DNA of 44,214 nt. Source: a virus (lineage: Duplodnaviria > Caudoviricetes). Each line of letters starts with the position of its first letter. Within the stretch, counting starts at the first letter, position 1. Position numbers and translations under genes: made by a program. This document shows positions 43,791 through 44,214 of this stretch, in pieces. The DNA is taken from positions 1 through 44,214 of the IMG/VR virus record IMGVR_UViG_3300049141_000137. One strand, 5' to 3'. Under the pieces are notes generated by a model. That model worked only from the letters and a program-made list of their open reading frames with translations. It was not told the DNA's origin and did not search any database.

Positions 43791-44214
43791 CCGCCCCTCT
43801 TGGGACAGGTGGGCGCTCGGTATTGCTGACGCTGTAGCGCCTCGGGGGGACTGCACCAGATCACGCGTTGGTGCGGTCCTCCTGGACCGCAGGCGCCGCG
43901 TAGTCATGTCGGGGATGAACGGGACGGTCCCCGGTGAGAAAGGCTGCCTAGCGGGTGCGTGTCCGCGAGGGCGGCTGACGTACGAGCAGATACCCGCTGG
44001 CAGCGATTACGGGAACTGCATTGCGATCCATGCCGAAGAGAACTTGTTGATCAACGCCAGGCGGGAAGACCTGGAAGGCGGGACGGTCTACATAACTCGT
44101 GCCCCGTGCTACCGGTGCTTGCCTCGCCTCAAGGCGGCAGGGGTCTGGCGGGTGGTGTGGCGGACTGAGACCGACTACGAAGCGAAGGTTCTGGATTGGG
44201 GGACGCGCCCTTGA
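43726..44214 (+). CDS. dCMP deaminase
   Basis: RPSWD, CTR..VGAVL, HAEEN, PCYRC. Confidence 0.93.
   Translation: MSGGTESGGISSTTESGTTLTSRPSWDRWALGIADAVAPRGDCTRSRVGAVLLDRRRRVVMSGMNGTVPGEKGCLAGACPRGRLTYEQIPAGSDYGNCIAIHAEENLLINARREDLEGGTVYITRAPCYRCLPRLKAAGVWRVVWRTETDYEAKVLDWGTRP

Larger units (their letters stand above)
1..44214. mobile_element. Temperate siphovirus (L5/R4-like organisation), probably a Streptomyces prophage or permuted phage genome
   Basis: Complete head/tail/lysis module plus repressor, Pol A, RNR, ThyX, primase and helicase; high GC; Lsr2; no host housekeeping genes. Confidence 0.93.

Overview
The window is most of an L5/R4-like temperate siphovirus genome of high-GC Actinobacteria, most likely infecting Streptomyces. 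It has three blocks. (1) 1-6825, + strand: small accessory genes, a DUF3987-like protein with a histone-like tail, a ~270-nt structured non-coding segment, and lsr2. (2) 28187 down to 6924, - strand: HNH, a cluster of 8 tRNA or tRNA-like genes, terminases, portal, scaffold, capsid, head-tail genes, tail genes, beta-helix tailspike, and lysis genes. (3) 28682-44214, + strand: L5 gp71-like repressor, Cas4/RecB nuclease, DnaB-like helicase, endo VII, split primase, phosphoesterase, sigma-like factor, class II RNR, ThyX, C5 methylase, DNA Pol A, and dCMP deaminase. No integrase is visible; the gene order suggests a prophage or permuted genome opened near the att region. Top signals: (a) the large terminase is interrupted inside its Walker A motif by a 5-nt insert (GGC|TTAGC|AAG) that starts with the rare bldA-dependent TTA codon, a candidate programmed translational bypass; (b) an aberrant phage tRNA with a shortened anticodon arm that can present GCC, the anticodon for the GGC take-off codon; (c) a large pseudoknotted, raiA-reminiscent RNA upstream of lsr2; (d) three hairpins with different stems but the same YAGGGACAC loop; (e) two genes that apparently need CTG starts; (f) a repeated 19-bp intergenic motif, and Crp-like boxes flanking the repressor. 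All family calls come from motif recognition by eye, not database searches.
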